64,000 nt of DNA, taken from assembly GCA_048938895.1 (NCBI GenBank), contig JBHLLU010000010.1, positions 1-64,000 on the forward strand. The letters are read 5' to 3'. The notes under the pieces are model-generated. The model saw nothing but the letters and a program-made list of their open reading frames with translations, was not told the origin of the DNA and searched no databases. Source of the DNA: Promethearchaeota archaeon. Lineage in GTDB: Archaea > Asgardarchaeota > Lokiarchaeia > Sigyniarchaeales > SOKP01. A program made the translations under genes and the position numbers. Below, piece after piece: positions 38,614 to 49,450 of the stretch. Position 1 is the stretch's first letter; each line of letters starts with the position of its first letter.

Positions 38614-40092
38614 TTGAGTGGTAATTATGAAGATGTAATAATTGGATTGGAAGTCCATATTCAACTTACTAATTTAAAGACAAAACTGTTTTGTAGTTGT
38701 AATGCTGATTATCGAGGTGCTTATCCAAACACACATAATTGCCCAATCTGTTTAGGATTACCAGGTTCTTTACCTGTTATTAATAAAAAAGCTATTGAAT
38801 TTGCTACTAGACTTGGATTAGCACTAGACTGTAAATTCAATGATACGACCTACTTCTTTCGAAAGAATTATTTCTATTGTGATCTTCCAAAAGGATTTCA
38901 GATATCTCAATATAATAAAGCAGGAGGAAGAGCTTTTGCCGATAAGGGTATAATTAATATCAAAATTAATGAGACTAAGAAAGCAATTCAGTTAAATAGA
39001 ATACATTTAGAAGAAGATCCCGCAAGATTAGTGCATAAGGGAAGTATTGCTACGTCTCCATACACTTTAGTTGATTATAATCGATCTGGTGTTTGTCTTA
39101 TCGAAATTGTAACGGAACCAGTGATTAGTTCTCCAGAAGAGGCGAGAGAATTCCTAAAGCAATTAAAATCAATCGTTCAATATACAGGAATATCAGATTT
39201 AGATTTAACTGGTGCTGCTCGAGTAGATGCAAATATATCAATCAAGGGACATGAGCGTAGTGAAGTTAAAAACATTAGTAGTTTCAAGGAAGTAGAACGT
39301 GCATTAAAATGGGAAATTCAGAGGCAGAAGAATTTAATAAAACGAGGAAAGACTCTAATTCAGGAAACAAGACACTGGGATGATAAAAGAAGAATTACAA
39401 TCTCATTAAGGACAAAAGAATTTGAAGAAGACTATCGTTATTTTCCAGAACAAGATTTAGTTCCAATAATAATTCAAGAAGATTTCATTCAAAAAGTTAA
39501 AAATGAATTACCAGAAATGCCAAATGAGAGAGCTATTAGACTTCATATGGACTACAATTTATCAGAATTTGATTCAGAGAATTTAGTGCTTGATAAAGAC
39601 ATTGCAGATTTCTATGAAAATGGTGTGAATTCCGATCCATCTTTTGGTACAAGTGAATATAAGCAATTCTGCAATTGGCTAATGAATGATATTTCACGTT
39701 ATTTAAATGAACATAATAAAACGATAAAAGATACAAAATTGCATTCGAAACAATTAGTAGACTTAATTAATTATATTAATGAAGGTAAGATTACAACAAA
39801 AATTGCAAAATCCTTCATAAGTGAGATGTTAGAAGGCACTTCAATTTCTAATATAATTGAAAAAAAAGGCAAAAAAAGAATTTCTGATGAAGAAGTCATT
39901 GAAAAGATTTCTGAAGAAGCCATTCAAGAAAATCCAAAAATCATCGAGGATTGTCAAAAAAATCCAAGAGCTATTGAAGCCTTAATAGGAAAAGTGATGG
40001 CTAAAACCAAAGGTCAAGCCGATCCGGAGATTACAAGAAGAATCATGTTTAATCTGTTGAAAAAAATAGGGATTGACTTTTCAAAATTATAA
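38614..40092 (+). CDS. gatB: Asp/Glu-tRNA amidotransferase subunit B
   Basis: IGLEVHIQL, RKNYFY, HLEED, DYNRSG, DYRYFPE. Confidence 0.96.
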   Translation: MSGNYEDVIIGLEVHIQLTNLKTKLFCSCNADYRGAYPNTHNCPICLGLPGSLPVINKKAIEFATRLGLALDCKFNDTTYFFRKNYFYCDLPKGFQISQYNKAGGRAFADKGIINIKINETKKAIQLNRIHLEEDPARLVHKGSIATSPYTLVDYNRSGVCLIEIVTEPVISSPEEAREFLKQLKSIVQYTGISDLDLTGAARVDANISIKGHERSEVKNISSFKEVERALKWEIQRQKNLIKRGKTLIQETRHWDDKRRITISLRTKEFEEDYRYFPEQDLVPIIIQEDFIQKVKNELPEMPNERAIRLHMDYNLSEFDSENLVLDKDIADFYENGVNSDPSFGTSEYKQFCNWLMNDISRYLNEHNKTIKDTKLHSKQLVDLINYINEGKITTKIAKSFISEMLEGTSISNIIEKKGKKRISDEEVIEKISEEAIQENPKIIEDCQKNPRAIEALIGKVMAKTKGQADPEITRRIMFNLLKKIGIDFSKL

Positions 40093-40160
40093 AAATTAAT
40101 AATAAAGTTATGAATCTTAGGAAATAAGATCTAAATTTTCCAAAAAAAAAGAGAAAAAAA

Positions 40161-40514
40161 TTATAGCCTTTTTCTAAGTTCTGTACTGGCAGCATCCAAT
40201 TTAAGGTTGATAATTCCTAACTTGGCTTCTTTTGTGGTTATTATCGTGAGAATATTACCCTCAATTTCACTGAATAGTATTTTTCCCTTCTCAGATTCTA
40301 TTATTGCACTAAAAAATTGACCCTGCTCTAATTCTTTAGTCGCTCTTTGACTTGCTTTTAAAATTAATGTCACCATAGCTGCTACAGCTTCTGGGTCCAC
40401 CCATCCAGGTAATGCGCTACCTCTTATTAAACCAAATTTTTCAATTAAAGCCGCACCGTGAACTCCTTTAATTGCCTTTAAAGAATCAAGAATTTCTGTT
40501 ATTCTTTCACTCAT
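40161..40514 (-). CDS. Roadblock/LC7 (MglB-like) protein
   Basis: IKGVHGAALI..GL, DPEAVAAM, IIESEKGKI, AKLGII. Confidence 0.88.
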   Translation of the reverse strand: MSERITEILDSLKAIKGVHGAALIEKFGLIRGSALPGWVDPEAVAAMVTLILKASQRATKELEQGQFFSAIIESEKGKILFSEIEGNILTIITTKEAKLGIINLKLDAASTELRKRL

Positions 40515-40747
40515 TTAACTCATTCCAATTTTAATGTAGTGAGATTATAAATTCTTTAATTATTATGTAAGGTGTAATTATATATAAGTATACAAATCTT
40601 AATTAAAAAAGCTATTTATCATTTTTTTACTTCTTCCCTGGTTTTGATATTAGATTGATCATAAAGAGATAAGCATATATAATCAAATTTAGATATATAT
40701 TATAATTGAGATTTATTTACTCTAATTTATTTTTGAGAGTGGGGTAA

Positions 40748-41530
40748 TTGGGAAAAGAAGTAGATAAAGCTAAGAAAGTTTTTAAAGAAGCTTTTGATGT
40801 TTTAGGAGATTATTTTGAAGAAAAAAGATCGGATATTGTTATTGAAAAGGAAAAAAAAGCTAAAAAAGGAAAAGTAGCATTAGCTAAGTTTTCTAAGGGT
40901 TTAATTGGTAAGACCGACAAGATTAATTTTAGATTATTGATAGGAGAAAAAAAAGAGCTAGGAGATCATATCTATGAAGCTGTATATTTAAGTGATAAAA
41001 ATGAACCTAGAATTTTTGTATACCAAGTTAACAAAGGAAGACCTTGCAATACTATACTTATGAATTTCAAGGAGGATGGATGGGATGGATACAAAAGTGT
41101 TGAAAAATATAAATCTCTAACTAAATTCCTTGAAATTGTTTATAAGGAAGGTATCTATTACAAGCAGAAAAAGGAAAAAAAAGAAGAAGCTCTAAATAGA
41201 TTAATAAAAGGGTTGAAAAGATCGCTTGAGGCTGTCGAGGACGATGAAAAGTCAAAAAAGGGAAACAACAGCCCCATTGCTATGAAAATTGCGAAAGTTG
41301 TTGCTATAGCGGCAGTTACTACAGTTGTTTCAGCAGCACTAACTCCTGCTGTTGGTGTTATTGCTGAAGAATTAGTTGGTGGGGGCACAATTGGTGGAGA
41401 TGTTATGGGTCAAGCAGCTGATGCTGCAGTCCAAGGATTAAAAAGTTTAGTAGATCCGACCACAATTGCAAAAAAAGCAATTACAAAAACTATTACCAAA
41501 GGAAAAGATCTCCCTGGATCTAATAGATAA
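40748..41530 (+). CDS. Hypothetical protein with Ala/Gly-rich hydrophobic C-terminal helices
   Basis: 260-aa ORF, TTG start after GGGGT. Confidence 0.6.
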   Translation: MGKEVDKAKKVFKEAFDVLGDYFEEKRSDIVIEKEKKAKKGKVALAKFSKGLIGKTDKINFRLLIGEKKELGDHIYEAVYLSDKNEPRIFVYQVNKGRPCNTILMNFKEDGWDGYKSVEKYKSLTKFLEIVYKEGIYYKQKKEKKEEALNRLIKGLKRSLEAVEDDEKSKKGNNSPIAMKIAKVVAIAAVTTVVSAALTPAVGVIAEELVGGGTIGGDVMGQAADAAVQGLKSLVDPTTIAKKAITKTITKGKDLPGSNR

Positions 41531-41605
41531 TAAAAAAATCGTAATATACTTAACCGATTCTTTTTTCATTTTCCTAATAAGTTCTAACAATAAAAAGTGA
41601 GTTAA

Positions 41606-42100
41606 ATTTCAATACTTAAAGAAGAACATGTAAAATGGGGTATAACATACTCCACAGTTATTTCCTCTGTAATCTATATAGTAACGTCTATTATTGGCGG
41701 GGGTTATCCTATGTGGCCAATCTACTCTGGGGCATTTCTTTACGCCGATCTTCAATTTTTATTGGGTTCTATTCCTGGAATTGTATATACCTTGAGAAGG
41801 TGTCAATCAGATCAATCATTTTTGAAATATGGAATAACTGTGGGAGTATTAGGAGGTATTTTCTCTTCTGTGATAAATAGCATATATGAACTGTTTTTAC
41901 TTTTATTAAGAGGAGTAGTGACAATACTCGCCCTTTTTTTTGTGTTAGGTATATTCTTAGTCTCTGGAGTGATAATAGGTTTACTAACAGGAGCCTTATT
42001 AGGGACATTCTACGTATATAAAGAAATGAAAACAGAAAGCAAAGTAGAAACAGATGACAAAGTTGACGATGATTTTTATGCAGATTTAATAGACAAATAA
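41606..42100 (+). CDS. Membrane protein; probable ATT start at 41606
   Basis: Frame open from 41606, adding a hydrophobic helix before ATG 41711; GTGAG just upstream. Confidence 0.6.
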   Translation: MSILKEEHVKWGITYSTVISSVIYIVTSIIGGGYPMWPIYSGAFLYADLQFLLGSIPGIVYTLRRCQSDQSFLKYGITVGVLGGIFSSVINSIYELFLLLLRGVVTILALFFVLGIFLVSGVIIGLLTGALLGTFYVYKEMKTESKVETDDKVDDDFYADLIDK

Positions 42101-42137
42101 TCTAAACAAAAAAAATTAAAAAAAAATTTAAGTCAAT

Positions 42138-43076
42138 TTACATGAGAGTCGCTAAAGAAGTCATTAAAGTTTCCTTCTTTGGCTTGCCTTCTAATAACTC
42201 TTTTTCAACACGTTCAGCCAAAATTTGAGGTGTAAACCTCTCACCATTATTATTAATTTGTTTATAAGTCGTCCATCCATTCAAAGAAAAGACACGATCT
42301 CCAACAGCTCTAAATACTTCCCCGTTAATATTTGCAGCTTTATCAGAAGCTAAGAACACGACCATTGGGGCTACATTTGAAGGATCAAATATATCGAATC
42401 CTCTTTTATCTTTCATACTCATGGTACCCGCCATTGTTGGGGTCGCATCTGTCGTAAGTCTTGTTCTTGCCACAGGTACAATGCAATTAACTGTTGCATA
42501 TTTTTTTAGCTCCATTGATGCAATATTCGTAAAAGCAGCTATTCCTGCTTTCGCAGCACCATAGTTAGCTTGTCCTACATTTCCAAGTAAACCAGCATCA
42601 GAGGCTGTATTAATAATTCTACCAAAAGCACCTAATTCGGGTTTTGCTTTTCCTTGCTCTCTAAAATAGGCTGAAGCATGCCTAGTCATGTTAAATGTTC
42701 CTTTTAAATGAACTGCCATGATTGCATCCCATTCTGCTTCAGACATATTAAATAACATTCGATCCCTTAGAATTCCTGCATTATTTACTAGGATATCTAG
42801 TTTCCCAAATTCGGAAATGGCTTGATCGACCATTTTTTTAGCAGCGTTAAAGTCAGTTACAGAATCGTAATTCCCAACAGCTTTAACACCTAAATTTTTG
42901 ACCTCTTCGACAACCTCATCAGCCACTTTTGTTTCAGATCCAGTTCCATCATGAGATGCTCCTAGATCATTTAGAACTAAATTACATCCTTCTTTTGCCA
43001 TGAGGAGGGCTTCTTCTCGGCCTAAACCACGACCTGCGCCTGTGATTATAGCTACTTTTCCATCTAACATTCCCAT
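42138..43076 (-). CDS. Short-chain dehydrogenase/reductase (MFE-2/HSD17B4-like acyl-CoA dehydrogenase type)
   Basis: TGAGRGLG, NDLG, NNAGILRD, YGAAK. Confidence 0.92.
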   Translation of the reverse strand: MGMLDGKVAIITGAGRGLGREEALLMAKEGCNLVLNDLGASHDGTGSETKVADEVVEEVKNLGVKAVGNYDSVTDFNAAKKMVDQAISEFGKLDILVNNAGILRDRMLFNMSEAEWDAIMAVHLKGTFNMTRHASAYFREQGKAKPELGAFGRIINTASDAGLLGNVGQANYGAAKAGIAAFTNIASMELKKYATVNCIVPVARTRLTTDATPTMAGTMSMKDKRGFDIFDPSNVAPMVVFLASDKAANINGEVFRAVGDRVFSLNGWTTYKQINNNGERFTPQILAERVEKELLEGKPKKETLMTSLATLM

Positions 43077-43196
43077 TTTTTATCACTCTTAATTAATTTA
43101 AATTTAATTTTGATATGTAAAATTGAATTACAAGTTTAAAAAATTTTAAGGATTTTATATAATTTTATCATTTTAGAATTGGAATTAAAGATATAA

Positions 43197-43697
43197 ATGG
43201 AAACAATTACTCATAATTTAATTGCGGTCATTATTCAAATTTTATGTTTTAAATTCTTATTATTCCCTCTCAATATCCTATTTACCATCATTTTTTCTTT
43301 TTTTTCTCATATTTTTTTTGATGCAATATCAGTAATTACTTACCATACACCAAAAGCCCAAAGAAGAGATTTGTTCTGGATTGTTTGGCATGTTTTCATC
43401 TACACCGCATCGATAATTTCTACACTTGTTTTTATTATTTCATTTTGGCTAAGTTTATTATTCGCGAACATCATGGATATTTGGGATTGGTTTATTCTAA
43501 GACCTATACAAAAAAAGAAGAAAAAAAGAAAGCCAAAATCACAATGGGGTGAAAATTTATATTTACACATTATCGTAGAGTGGTTTAGGAAAAGATGTTT
43601 CAATTGGCTCCCAAAATGGAATTATAAGAAATCCGCTGTCTTCATCGAGATCTCTATTATTATCTGTTTAGTATTAATTATCTTTCCTATTTATTGA
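43197..43697 (+). CDS. Hypothetical membrane protein (possible membrane metal-dependent hydrolase)
   Basis: ITHNL, SHIFFD, hydrophobic segments. Confidence 0.6.
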   Translation: METITHNLIAVIIQILCFKFLLFPLNILFTIIFSFFSHIFFDAISVITYHTPKAQRRDLFWIVWHVFIYTASIISTLVFIISFWLSLLFANIMDIWDWFILRPIQKKKKKRKPKSQWGENLYLHIIVEWFRKRCFNWLPKWNYKKSAVFIEISIIICLVLIIFPIY

Positions 43698-43702
43698 TTT
43701 AC

Positions 43703-44098
43703 TTAATATATAAAGTCTTTAAATTGCCTAAAGTAAAATAAATGACTCTTACATTGACAATCAGAAGAGCCAAAACCTGTAATAAAACCTTCTGATCGTT
43801 CTTTTATTTCTCTTGCAATAATACACTCGAGACGAGAGGTTGATGGGATTAAATATATCTTAATTATACATGTAAGTCTATGGTTTAATAAATAGTCAAT
43901 ATGCCAATGGATCTTTTTTTTATTAGAAGGAAGTATATGCCTATTTACCCGATGTTCCAATGTTGCCGAACCCTTATTCCCCATACCCGATCCGATATAA
44001 AAGTAGAAGCCTGTTTCAAAATGAGCAATTCTCAAGTTACCGATATTAATATCTGCAGCTTCAGAAAGGGAAATAACAAGGATGTAAGTTCCTTTCAT
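43703..44098 (-). CDS. DUF123 / GIY-YIG (Uri) family putative nuclease
   Basis: GTYIL, YFYIGS, HWHIDYL, GFGSSDCQCKSHL. Confidence 0.9.
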   Translation of the reverse strand: MKGTYILVISLSEAADINIGNLRIAHFETGFYFYIGSGMGNKGSATLEHRVNRHILPSNKKKIHWHIDYLLNHRLTCIIKIYLIPSTSRLECIIAREIKERSEGFITGFGSSDCQCKSHLFYFRQFKDFIY

Positions 44099-44280
44099 TT
44101 CTTACAATTTTTCTTATGATTTTGGTAACAACTATCACATAAGTAAGCCCCACAACGCTTACAAACATTACTGCATTCATCACAAAGTTGAGTATCGCAA
44201 TCTTCACAATTATATATAACCGAATCTGTGTTTTCACCACAGTTCTCACAAATTATATTATTTTCACTCATGTATCTCAT
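44095..44280 (-). CDS. Small Cys-rich zinc-finger protein
   Basis: Five CxxC motifs in 61 aa; 4-nt overlap with the DUF123 gene. Confidence 0.75.
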   Translation of the reverse strand: MRYMSENNIICENCGENTDSVIYNCEDCDTQLCDECSNVCKRCGAYLCDSCYQNHKKNCKK

Positions 44281-44420
44281 CTCATATACTTATATTTTAT
44301 ATTGATAATATTAATCTCTATTATTGTTAGATAAATAAAACAGTTTTACTTAATTCTCAAGGGATTAACACTTGTTTTCTAAAACTTTTTTTAAAGTATA
44401 ATATTCATAAGGATAATTCA

Positions 44421-46184
44421 GTGATATTATTATCTATGGAAAAAGAACAAGAAAGAACCGAAATTAAAATAGATTTCTCGAGAGAGCGAAAGTTTTTTGA
44501 ACAAGAAGGGAGTTCAAGAGTAATTACTTCTGGATCTCTTTATATGTTTTTTGCTCTGGTTAATGCGGGATGTATTTGGGTTTTCATAATACTGGCTACA
44601 GGTTGGGAAGGCTTAAAATATTTTGGATTAGCTACTGCCATTAATGGAATGGTTGGATTGGTAGGGATTGGGATTTCAAGATATTTTATCGCCGAAATAA
44701 AAACGGCTCTCATTTTAAATGCTGAATTAGGAAGAATAAAAGCTGCGACTTATTCAAAAATACTTATTTTAATTGGATTAATTTTCGGTTTAACAATGAT
44801 TATGATTCCTTATATCTTTGGATTTTTCTTTACAAATACACTATTAAGAGAATGTGTTTTTGCTTCTGGATTTACCACCATATTGTTATATATTAACTTT
44901 GTATTTCAAATTGGATTGCAGATTAAAAACAGATATGATATTATTGCATTTTTATCAATATTTGCTGGAATTTTTCTGTTAATTGGAGGTTATATTTTCA
45001 TATCTCTTAACGTCAATCCATTTTGGTTTGCGTTTTATCCTTTTTTTAACATTACCACCTCAATTTTATTAGCTTTTTATTTCAATAGGGAAGCACCATA
45101 CTCATTCAAAGATATACTAAAAGCTGGTCTAAGAACAAGGACTATGAAGATGAGAGCTTCACCAGAAATAAGAGAGTTCATTGAAGAACACCAAATTTGG
45201 ATATATATGAAAAATTCTGCCTATTCAATGCTTACCAACATCCAAAATTCAAAATTTTTTGAAGATTTAATATTTTTTTTTGCTGCGCTCTATTTAGCCA
45301 TATTTACTGATCCGGAATACCAAGGGTTTGCATTAAGTTTACTAACTGTATTAATGACTTACGGTGCCGTCAAATCAGTTATTTTATATTATTCAGCCCC
45401 ATTAAATATTGAAATTGCAGAAGCAAGTGCAAAAAAAAGATATGACACAATTGAAACTTCGATTAATGACTCTACAAGAGTTTCAAGTATTTTAGCACTT
45501 GGATTTTTAACAGCAATGGTAGCTCTTTCAGGAAAATTATTGCTTTATTTACATAGAGATTTGTTTTTAGAGGGAGGATCAGTGAATACAGACGTTTTAA
45601 CAATGGCTGAATTTTTGTTTATTTTTATTATATTTGGTCAATTTTTATATGGTTATTCTACACTATTTGGGAATGCGTTAATTGGGTCTGGAAATGCAAA
45701 CTCTGCAGCAAGAGGTTTTCTAATCACAATAATACTTATAACGAGTTTATCTCCAATTTATATTTTCCTTTTCGGTATAATAGGGATCGGATTTGTCATG
45801 TTGATCTCAGCTTTCTTCTTATTACCTTATACAATTTGGCAGTTGAAAGGAAAGCTTAATATACATTATAATGTAAGAATTTATCGCTTGATTCCTAATA
45901 TAATTATTTTATTTTTCATATTATGGGTATTTCCGATTAATAATACTATTATTTTAATCTTAAGTATTATCATTGGGGCTTCAATATATTTAATGTTGAA
46001 TCCATTCTTTGGAGTATCTATTCCTGCTGATCTTCAAATGATAAACGACTTATTCAATACATTAAGAATTAAATTCTTTGGGGATTTAATAGTCAAAGCT
46101 ATGAGAACAACTTATAATGTAAGTCCTTTAAATAAGGATCAAATCGTTCTTGAAGAAAATAGACTGGTATTAGTTAAGAAATAG
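44421..46184 (+). CDS. Multi-pass membrane protein, MOP/MATE flippase-like
   Basis: About 14 hydrophobic segments; FGIIGIG-type motif late in protein. Confidence 0.6.
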   Translation: MILLSMEKEQERTEIKIDFSRERKFFEQEGSSRVITSGSLYMFFALVNAGCIWVFIILATGWEGLKYFGLATAINGMVGLVGIGISRYFIAEIKTALILNAELGRIKAATYSKILILIGLIFGLTMIMIPYIFGFFFTNTLLRECVFASGFTTILLYINFVFQIGLQIKNRYDIIAFLSIFAGIFLLIGGYIFISLNVNPFWFAFYPFFNITTSILLAFYFNREAPYSFKDILKAGLRTRTMKMRASPEIREFIEEHQIWIYMKNSAYSMLTNIQNSKFFEDLIFFFAALYLAIFTDPEYQGFALSLLTVLMTYGAVKSVILYYSAPLNIEIAEASAKKRYDTIETSINDSTRVSSILALGFLTAMVALSGKLLLYLHRDLFLEGGSVNTDVLTMAEFLFIFIIFGQFLYGYSTLFGNALIGSGNANSAARGFLITIILITSLSPIYIFLFGIIGIGFVMLISAFFLLPYTIWQLKGKLNIHYNVRIYRLIPNIIILFFILWVFPINNTIILILSIIIGASIYLMLNPFFGVSIPADLQMINDLFNTLRIKFFGDLIVKAMRTTYNVSPLNKDQIVLEENRLVLVKK

Positions 46185-46185
46185 A

Positions 46186-46674
46186 TTATTTTTTGAATGT
46201 CTTTGAAATTTTGGAAAATTGATTCTTTATTATAAAAATTATTAAAATGACTTGTAGTCCTATTAAAGAATACAACAACAAATCTAAGTAAAAGCTGGCA
46301 TGTACATTCATACCTAACCAACTCTTAATCCAACATCCAGAATCACCATTAGTGAACAATAAACAATCGGTAACTGATAAATAGAGAATATGAAATCCCA
46401 ATGATAGAATAATAACGAGTATTCCTAAGATTATTTGAAAATAAAAATATTTACTAACTCTTCTATGCATCAAGGGTGGATTCAATATTAAATTTTCATT
46501 CTTCTTTAATTGGTCAATAATAAGCTCTTTTAAGAGTTTTTTCTCATTCAATAAGTTTTGATTCTTTTCTTTTAAGAGTTTATTCTGAACAATTAAATTT
46601 TGATAATTTATATTGAGTTGTTTAGCTTTCCCCTCAAGTTCCTGATTTTTTTTGTTAACCCCAGACTTACTCAT
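46186..46674 (-). CDS. Hypothetical coiled-coil protein with two transmembrane helices
   Basis: Heptad N-terminus, two hydrophobic segments. Confidence 0.65.
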   Translation of the reverse strand: MSKSGVNKKNQELEGKAKQLNINYQNLIVQNKLLKEKNQNLLNEKKLLKELIIDQLKKNENLILNPPLMHRRVSKYFYFQIILGILVIILSLGFHILYLSVTDCLLFTNGDSGCWIKSWLGMNVHASFYLDLLLYSLIGLQVILIIFIIKNQFSKISKTFKK

Positions 46675-46917
46675 AATAGTATTTACATATTCTTAGGAAA
46701 GAGATTCTGAAATATAAAATATCTAAAAATATTACCCCAATTTTGTATAATTTGAATATTTAATAAGACTTATCCTATTAATAAATAATTAAAATATTTT
46801 TTTTCCGTTATGTTAAAACAAATTTTGAATGAAATGTTAATTAAAAGAAAAAAGAAAATAGTAATAATAATTTAGAATAAAATTTAAAAATCAATAAGAA
46901 AAAAAAAGGTGTAAAAT

Positions 46918-47778
46918 TTAATATTCATAAAAACCCTTCCCAGTTTTCCTCCCAAGATGGCCATCATTTACCAATTTTTGCAATAATGGGCTTGGGCGAT
47001 AATTAGTTCCTAATTCTTTTTCTAAATAAGTTCCTATATGGTGGTATGTATCATTACCCACTAAATCAGACAATTCTAAAGGTCCCATAGGAAAATTGAA
47101 TGCTAATTTACATGCTGTATCTATATCTTTAGCATCAGCGATTCCTTTCATTAATAAGTTGATTGCTTCATTGCATAATACATAGATGAGTCTACTTGTT
47201 ACAAAACCAGGTGAATCATTGATAACCACCACTGTTTTCCCCAAACTTTCAGAAAATAGCTTCGACTTTTCTACTATTTCATCTGAAGTTTTTTTCCCCT
47301 TTATTAATTCAATCAATTTCATCACTGGAGCAGGATTAAAAAAATGAATTCCTATTATCCTTTCTTGGTGCTTACTTTTTGAACCTATATCTGTAATGCT
47401 CAATGATGATGTGTTAGAAGCAAGAATGATATCAGTGTTACACTTTCTGTCTAGCTGAGAGAATAAATCTTGTTTTAAATTCATATCTTCAGATACAGCT
47501 TCAATTACCATTTGCACATTCTCAATTGCATCATCTATACTAATAGTAGTATGTATTCGATTAATTACTTGTTCTGCATCTTCCTTGGTGATTTTATTTT
47601 TAGCAACAAAAAACTTCTGTAAGTTTGAATCAATCAAATTATTGCTTTTGACTAATATATCTTCACTTATATCAACTAAATTCACATTGATTCCGTTTAT
47701 TGCTAATAATTGGGTGATTCCTGACCCCATTATACCTGCTCCGATTACACATACGCTTTTTATATCCATTCTCACCAC
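46918..47778 (-). CDS. 3-hydroxyacyl(butyryl)-CoA dehydrogenase
   Basis: [29 protein letters not shown]. Confidence 0.95.
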   Translation of the reverse strand: MVRMDIKSVCVIGAGIMGSGITQLLAINGINVNLVDISEDILVKSNNLIDSNLQKFFVAKNKITKEDAEQVINRIHTTISIDDAIENVQMVIEAVSEDMNLKQDLFSQLDRKCNTDIILASNTSSLSITDIGSKSKHQERIIGIHFFNPAPVMKLIELIKGKKTSDEIVEKSKLFSESLGKTVVVINDSPGFVTSRLIYVLCNEAINLLMKGIADAKDIDTACKLAFNFPMGPLELSDLVGNDTYHHIGTYLEKELGTNYRPSPLLQKLVNDGHLGRKTGKGFYEY

Positions 47779-48575
47779 TATTTCCTAAATTTATTAAAAT
47801 CAGGTTTACGTTTTTCTAAAAATGCATTTTTCCCTTCTACCGCTTCATCTGTACCATAATATAATGATAATCCCCCAACTCCTAACTGAGTAACTCCTGT
47901 TACTCCATCCGTTTCAGCTAAAAATGCATATTTCAGCATTTTTAACGCGTTAGGGCTTTTTTCTAGTAATTCATTACACCATTGCTCAACTTCTTCATCT
48001 AGTCTTTCCATGGGGACTACTGCATTCACAAGTCCCATCTCCAAAGCTTGTTGAGCAGTATAACGTCGACAGAGATACCATATTTCTTTCGCACGTTTTA
48101 TACCTACAGCACGCATTAAATCTCCCGTTCCATAACCGGGGTCAAAAGATCCAACTCTCGGTCCAGCTTGTCCTAATTGGGCGTGTTCTGCTGCAATACT
48201 TAAATCACAATTAACATGCCATACATGACCACCCCCGATTGCATATCCATTCACTCTGGCTATAACGGGTTTGGGCAGTGTACGGATGAGATGGGTAACA
48301 CGTTGCCAACCAACTTCGAGAGGTAACATTTGACTCCCTTTATACCCCCCCTTTTCTCGAGTACTCTGATCTCCACCGGTACAAAAAGCTTTTTCTCCAA
48401 TCCCCGTAAATACAACGACACCTATTTCATTATCAAAGCATCTATTAAATGCATCCATTAACTCATGCACTGTTTTCTGTGTGCACGCATTGTAGACTGC
48501 AGGACGATTGATTGTGATTCGAACTATACGATCTTTCTTTTCAAATATTATATCTTCATAATCCAAAATTTTCAA
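47778..48575 (-). CDS. MenB/BadI-like crotonase
   Basis: [39 protein letters not shown]. Confidence 0.88.
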   Translation of the reverse strand: MKILDYEDIIFEKKDRIVRITINRPAVYNACTQKTVHELMDAFNRCFDNEIGVVVFTGIGEKAFCTGGDQSTREKGGYKGSQMLPLEVGWQRVTHLIRTLPKPVIARVNGYAIGGGHVWHVNCDLSIAAEHAQLGQAGPRVGSFDPGYGTGDLMRAVGIKRAKEIWYLCRRYTAQQALEMGLVNAVVPMERLDEEVEQWCNELLEKSPNALKMLKYAFLAETDGVTGVTQLGVGGLSLYYGTDEAVEGKNAFLEKRKPDFNKFRK

Positions 48576-48785
48576 CTCAATTTTATAATTTTATCAAATT
48601 GAAATACATTCATTAAACATAATCTCATAACCTTTAAAACACCTTTCCAAATTTAATTTAAAATTTAAAGAGAGAAATACTACGTGAAACCCTAATTTCA
48701 CGATCAGAATTTTAGTTTCAATAATACTGTTTTAAAAGAAAGAATGATAAAGTATGTAAACTTTTAGAAATGTGTGAATAAAAGG

Positions 48786-49313
48786 TTATAAAACCATCTT
48801 TTGCTTAATCTCTTGAACCATTTTATAACCGTTTTCATTTATTTCAGTGATAATATCTCTTAATATTTCATTTATAGCCATGCCGTGCAAATCACACGAT
48901 ACATACAAAAGAGAGATGATCTCTTTCGCTAATATTGATATATTCTTAATATCATTAATAGGGATTCTAATTCCAAGAGCTTTTAAATCCAAGTGGGTCT
49001 CTTTTTCCTGTTGACGGATTGTTAGTAAAATATCATTTTTTCTACCTTTCCATTCTTCAGTAATCGCTCTTATTGATAATAGATATCTTTTTGTAGGACT
49101 TCCAATACCCATAACATCTTTTGCAAAATCTAAAGATTCAGAATTTCTTATTGTTTTTAACCCAAATGTTCTATTAAGTTTATAATTCTTGTCTAACTTA
49201 AGTTTCATTTTAGAAATTTCATCAGTTAATTGTTCGACTTTTAACGCTAATTTCTCGAATTTTTCAAGAAATAATTCTTCCACATTGGATTCATAATTGC
49301 TTATTATAGACAC
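48786..49313 (-). CDS. Hypothetical protein
   Basis: 175-aa ORF. Confidence 0.65.
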   Translation of the reverse strand: MSIISNYESNVEELFLEKFEKLALKVEQLTDEISKMKLKLDKNYKLNRTFGLKTIRNSESLDFAKDVMGIGSPTKRYLLSIRAITEEWKGRKNDILLTIRQQEKETHLDLKALGIRIPINDIKNISILAKEIISLLYVSCDLHGMAINEILRDIITEINENGYKMVQEIKQKMVL

Positions 49314-49450
49314 CTCTAATGATTAAATATGATATCATTTGAATTATTCTTTGATAAAACTAATTATTAATCTATTAATCTATAGAGAATTTATAATTTA
49401 CAAAAAAGAATAAAAACTTAAATTTAATTTAGATTCCAAGGAAGTTCTCT

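Noticed and set aside
48683-48702. Inverted repeat CGTGAAA-N6-TTTCACG upstream of the crotonase gene
   Set aside because: Plausible operator but a single instance with no linked regulator
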